From a bacterium (GTDB lineage Bacteria; UBP7; UBA6624; JBBIMK01): DNA of 32,000 nt. Shown in pieces: positions 31,564-32,000 of this stretch. The DNA is taken from positions 29,083-61,082 of the forward strand of contig JBBIMK010000011.1 in assembly GCA_037444445.1 (NCBI GenBank), given 5' to 3'. Below the pieces are notes generated by a model. The model made no database searches. It was given only the letters and a program-made list of their open reading frames with translations, and was not told the DNA's origin. The position numbers and the translations under genes are program-made. Positions within the stretch are counted from its first letter, which is position 1, and every line of letters starts with the position of its first letter.

Positions 31564-32000
31564 TGAAACCGACTGAACTTTTACATCCAGAGCAAAGACG
31601 CCCAGGCAAAGCCTACTTAGTGAATGAACTTCGCAAAGCGGTATATACATGGCAGGAACAAGGTTATCCAGGCACAACACCTTCCACAAAAAGACTTTTA
31701 AAATACTGCCCAACTAAAAAAGTTATCTCATTTTTCTTTCTTTTTTTTCTTGAGGAGAGTATAGAAAAACTACTAAGTAGGCCCACACCAATAAAGTATC
31801 TGATTAACATCATAGGAAAGAGATTTTTCTTAGAGGTTGTTAAAGACAAAATAAGATATATGACAAAATTTGTCAGAAAGGATTGGTATTTGTGGTTCAG
31901 CCAGAGTGTGGCATATCCGAACTCAGTTCGTCTATACCACCAAAATAGAAGGATATCCGAACTCAGTTCGGATATAAACGAGCTATATGCCATTGCGCTT
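31563..32000 (+). CDS. open reading frame running off the window; N-terminus faintly resembles helicase/Res-type restriction subunits
   Basis: The ATG overlaps the PIN stop (TAATG). 146 codons are open to nt 32000 in AT-rich DNA, and it is absent from the track only because no stop is reached. MKPTELLHPEQRRPGKAYLVNELRKAVYTWQEQGYPGTTPSTKRLLKY...FFLEESIEKLL recalls the (V)NEIR..V..WR..GYPG.T..T..LL..WF...F..Q.EAIET pattern. It competes with minus ORF 31664..31993. Confidence 0.3.
   Translation, partial: MKPTELLHPEQRRPGKAYLVNELRKAVYTWQEQGYPGTTPSTKRLLKYCPTKKVISFFFLFFLEESIEKLLSRPTPIKYLINIIGKRFFLEVVKDKIRYMTKFVRKDWYLWFSQSVAYPNSVRLYHQNRRISELSSDINELYAIAL
31913..31975. repeat. two copies of the 18-mer ATATCCGAACTCAGTTCG, each hairpin-forming
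   Basis: Copy 1 is at 31913-31930 (imperfect palindrome with TCTATA). Copy 2 is at 31953-31970 and extends to the perfect 11+1+11 palindrome ATATCCGAACT-C-AGTTCGGATAT (31953-31975). The copies are spaced 40 nt apart. Confidence 0.6.

Noticed and set aside
1-32000. Search for tRNA, rRNA, CRISPR arrays and transposase or integrase genes
   Set aside because: I saw no T-loop GGTTCGAATCC-type signatures, no regularly spaced direct repeats, and no ORF with integrase or transposase motifs. The absence is by eye only, so tRNAscan-SE, Infernal and CRISPR finders should confirm it.

Overview
Bacterial chromosomal window, mostly tightly packed housekeeping genes with GGAGG-type ribosome-binding sites and several ATGA/GTGATG start-stop overlaps. 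No rRNA, tRNA, CRISPR array or recognisable transposase gene was found.

Core genes:
- + strand: sdhA (5'-truncated), DAHP synthase-aroA, a CBS-pair protein, a TIGR02757-like protein and a DUF971 protein.
- Minus strand: DUF721/DciA-like - phosphohexomutase - gyrB - fabF - rluD-like; htrA - tlyA - nadK - era; aroE; and an ACT-domain protein.

Features that stand out:
1. A textbook cobalamin riboswitch (minus strand, ~2596-2778) drives a single orphan lipoprotein that looks like a beta-propeller (1427-2581).
2. An accessory island at ~14.25-19.4 kb sits between the TIGR02757-like gene and era.
   - It holds two tiny overlapping genes, a JAB-less protein made of two tandem RadC-N-terminal-like helix-hairpin-helix modules, an 844-aa methyltransferase, a 2-TM protein and a 96-aa protein.
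   - The methyltransferase has permuted motif order, a Zn ribbon and a C-terminal PD-(D/E)xK-like domain.
   - The core operon is bracketed by two near-identical ~40-bp promoter-like direct repeats. The first places the predicted transcription start exactly on the ATG, giving a leaderless mRNA.
   - This is my best candidate for an undescribed modification or defence-like system.
3. A 1060-aa in-frame fusion of an Imm-superinfection-like domain, a DUF2339-like polytopic region and a DUF3999-like region.
4. A secreted protein built from two copies of a CxxHGMxCDPDH domain.
5. A solitary ARPP-1/DUF6569-like gene.
6. An AT-rich right end with a PIN-domain protein carrying a fused C-terminal extension, an open frame running off the window, and tandem palindromic repeats.

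All family assignments come from motif recognition by eye. No database search was run.
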